Shown here piece after piece: positions 60,930 through 64,000 of a stretch of DNA of 64,000 nt. How positions within the stretch are numbered: the stretch's first letter is position 1; every line of letters starts with the position of its first letter. Below the pieces are notes generated by a model. That model was not told where the DNA came from and made no database searches. It saw only the letters and a program-made list of their open reading frames with translations. The stretch is taken from assembly GCF_009914755.1 (NCBI RefSeq), contig NC_060937.1, one strand, 5' to 3'. The DNA comes from the human T2T-CHM13v2.0 reference genome, Homo sapiens. The position numbers and the translations under genes are program-made.

Positions 60930-62266
60930 TATAGCCATTAAAAACGTCTGATACCTCAAAGGTTCAATTCAAAAGGACAATTAAGTCACAGTATTGTTTA
61001 TTCAATTCACTAAAGAAATAGGATTTCTTCAAATAATGAGATGTAAAGATAAGTATTATCTTTCAAAATAGGTTTCTAAATTTACTATGAAGATAATGTC
61101 TAGGAAAAATACTATGTACTGCACTCACCCATGGTCCACCTAACATCACTTAAACATTAAAGTACTAAGAATACGACAGCTTTCTGTAGGATTTAGAAAG
61201 TTGTCATAAAACACCACTGCTCTCATTCTAACCACCAAAACAAACCAGAAAACGTATAAAGTTATACTTGCTGTTGTCGTCAACCCAACAGAAAACTGAA
61301 GACCCAAAGAAATCTACAAGAATCAAATACCAGAAAATGACAAGCTGCTCTTATCCCTGACAAACAGTTGAGGAAGAAGAATAAGTTAAACAAGGGTAAA
61401 GAAAAGCCAGCCAAATATTTAAGGAAATATTGATAGCTGCATGGGTGCTGGCATTAGAATTTCAAGGAGCCCCACATGAAGCCCCAGCCATTTGGCAAGT
61501 CTACACCCACCTACCAACTCTTTCCCTAGTCTTCACCAACTGAATGCGGTAGTAAGCCAATGGCTCGGAGCAGAACAGGAAAGCTGTATGAATACTCCGT
61601 GAGGCATATGCAAACAACTGCCCTCCAAAGGCCATAGACTAGGCAAAAGACTGGAGAGAAATCCCCATGACACATTCTGGACTTTGAAAGAGCATGTCAT
61701 AATGCCATCTAAAGGCTGGGGCAGGGTACCTGGTCAAAGAGATTTCCTGAAGAAACAGCCAGAAGTAGAACTGAAAACAGAAAGAGAACTCTACATTAAC
61801 CCTAAAATGGGCATTTTTTTTTTCCTGAAACGATATAATGAAGAGTGGACATTACACATGAGATGAATAATTTCAGCAGCAAAGTCACAGATTAAGAAAA
61901 AAAAAAACACGGATGAATTAGAAATAAAGAATAGATCGGAAATGAAGATTTTCTTAGATGAGCTTAACAGTAACCTGGACATAGCTGAGGAAGAATCAGT
62001 GAACCTAAACCCAGATCAATAGAAAGTTCCAAACTCAAACACAAACAAAATAATGAGATAGAAAAAAAATTGAGTATGATCTGTGATACACATCAAATGT
62101 TGTAACACAAGTGTAACTGGGGTCCAGAAGCAGAAGAGAGAGTGGAAATGGTACAGAAGAAATATTTCAGAAGATAATGACTAAGAATTTTCCAAAATTG
62201 ATTACATATATATAACTCAATTCACAGATCCAAGAAGCTCAGCAAAACCCAAAAAGAATACAAAAG

Positions 62267-62310
<44 letters not shown>
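62267..62310. repeat. Interrupted (CA)n microsatellite
   Basis: Read directly. Confidence 0.95.
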
Positions 62311-62504
62311 CTACCTACCCCTAAGCACTTCATGGTCAAACTGCTGAAAGTTAAAAATAAACAGCAAACCATAAAACTACAGCCAGAGAAATAAAAATAC
62401 ATTATATACACGAGAAAAAAATGATATGACAGCTAATTTCTCACCAGAAACAATGGTGGCAAAAGACAATGGAATGGCATCTTTAAAGTGCTGAAAGAAA
62501 GGTA

Positions 62505-63535
62505 GGGTTGACTCTTGAACAACACAGGGATTAGGGCAGTCAAAGTCCACATATAAATTTTGACTCCCCAGAAACTTAACTACTTATAGCCTCCTGTTAA
62601 TGGGAAACCTTACCAATAACATAAACAGTCAATTAATACATTGCTGTATGTTAAATGTATTTACTGTATTCTTACAATAAGTTAGAGAAAAGAAAATCTT
62701 ATTAAAATCATAAGAAAGAAAAAATACATTTACAATACTGTACTATATTTATCAATACTGTAAGTTTACATCATATAACAAGATGAATTGTCTGCTGAAA
62801 TGGTGACCAACACAGCTACAGACCTCAATCTATACAATTCACGTATCAAGCAATTCACCTTTTTCTTGTAATGTCATGAGTTTTCTCTGATTCTTGGGAT
62901 CACTTCAAGCATCACTAGTGGCACTTTGTATGGGTCCCATGGTGTTACTCAGGGTTTACGGTATTGCACTAAACACGATGAAAAATACTCAAGAACTGCA
63001 AGAGATCAGTTTTTACTGAAATACGCAATTTACTGGAGAGATTAACTGCTCAAGTGGAGATGATTAGTGTCAGGTGACATTTTAAGTAGATACTCAACAC
63101 ACCTGAGCTCACCGGAATAGCAACCAGAGGTGACTACAACATTAATAGAGTAATATAGTGTGCGGTACAGTTAATTTTATAAAGTTATAGTTTAATACTG
63201 CATCTTTACATTTGTTCACATTTCTCTTGACTGCAAACGGCACCATCTTTAGTTCATGTTTGTATGAACTAAAGTCAATAAATTTTGATTAATTTTAACT
63301 TTTTTTATAATAGATTTGTAAATGTTTTATGGTATTAAGTGAGAAAACAGACTATTATTTAAATATATTCAAGATATATATAACTTTTTCTTTTTTCGAG
63401 ATTTCTAACCAGTTTGTCTGCAAGTTTTTTCAAATTATTGCAAATCTACAAAAATCTCCAATATATTTCTTTGAAAAAAACCTGTGTGTAAGGGGATCTG
63501 GGCAGTTCAAATCAATGTTGTTCCAGGATCAGCTG
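62505..63535. mobile_element. Tigger2b-like non-autonomous DNA transposon (about 1.03 kb)
   Basis: TA|gggttgactcttgaacaacac ... gttgttccaggatcagctg|TA. Confidence 0.85.
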
Positions 63536-64000
63536 TACTGTTATCCTGGGATTCTATATACAGTGAAACTATCCTTCATAAGTAGAAGCAAAAGAAACAC
63601 ACTTTCAGACAAAAACTGAGATAATCTGTCTCCAGCAGACCTGTACTACAAAAAGTATAAAAGAATTTTTTCAGGCTGTAGGGAAGTGATACATATATAA
63701 CTTTTTCTTAACTTGTTCTGGGATGAAATCCTAGATCTACAAAAAGAAATGAAGAGCAATCAACAGTTGTCTATTAGATGTTGGTGATACAAAGATAAAT
63801 GAGCTATAAGACTTACCTTAAATAATTATCAAGTGGAAGAGACAAGCACATAGGTAATTATATAGCTACACAGAAAATGTAGGAGGTATGTGAAATGTAT
63901 TATAATAGCAAAAAAGAGTGGCATATAACTCACCACCATAAGCGTTTCCTACTCTGGAATAACTCAGAAACATAAAACTGTCTCCACATGAATATATGTC

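Larger units (their letters stand above)
61170..63760 (+). mobile_element. Old L1M 5' region and ORF1 remnant, split by Tigger2b
   Basis: ORF1 C-terminal motif WNGIFKVLKE ends at about 62500 and resumes as PGILYTVKLSF at about 63545. Confidence 0.72.
59811..64000 (-). other. DIAPH3: DIAPH3 intron upstream of exon 3 (partial)
   Basis: Ends in a polypyrimidine tract and AG at 59811-59812. Content is mostly L1 and Tigger. Confidence 0.85.

Overview
Primate, almost certainly human, AT-rich genomic DNA from inside the minus-strand gene DIAPH3 (diaphanous-related formin 3 / mDia2). I can support only two coding exons: 59634-59810 (177 nt, LDKFASIRIP...LFEKMM) and 41241-41345 (105 nt, EDMNLNEDKK...NTASKT). 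Both have canonical AG/GT ends, both are phase 0/0, and they join in frame in the N-terminal GTPase-binding region. The gene name and exon numbers (3 and 4) come from my recall of the protein. The rest is intron, filled with fossil repeats: 11 Alu/FRAM copies, L1PA/L1PB/L1M/HAL1, L2/MIR, several solo LTRs, and many DNA transposons including a near full-length Tigger1. Subfamily names are by eye. Apart from the ORF spanning exon 4, the supplied ORFs look repeat-derived or like chance. I found no convincing new biological system. The best leads are RNA-processing hypotheses: a recursive-splice-like AG|GT site, UG-repeat-flanked cryptic exons and inverted Alus around exon 4. Other leads are a (GGAA)15 microsatellite, an Alu whose tail became a G4/GC-box motif, and a duplicated STR cassette. 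All need external data.
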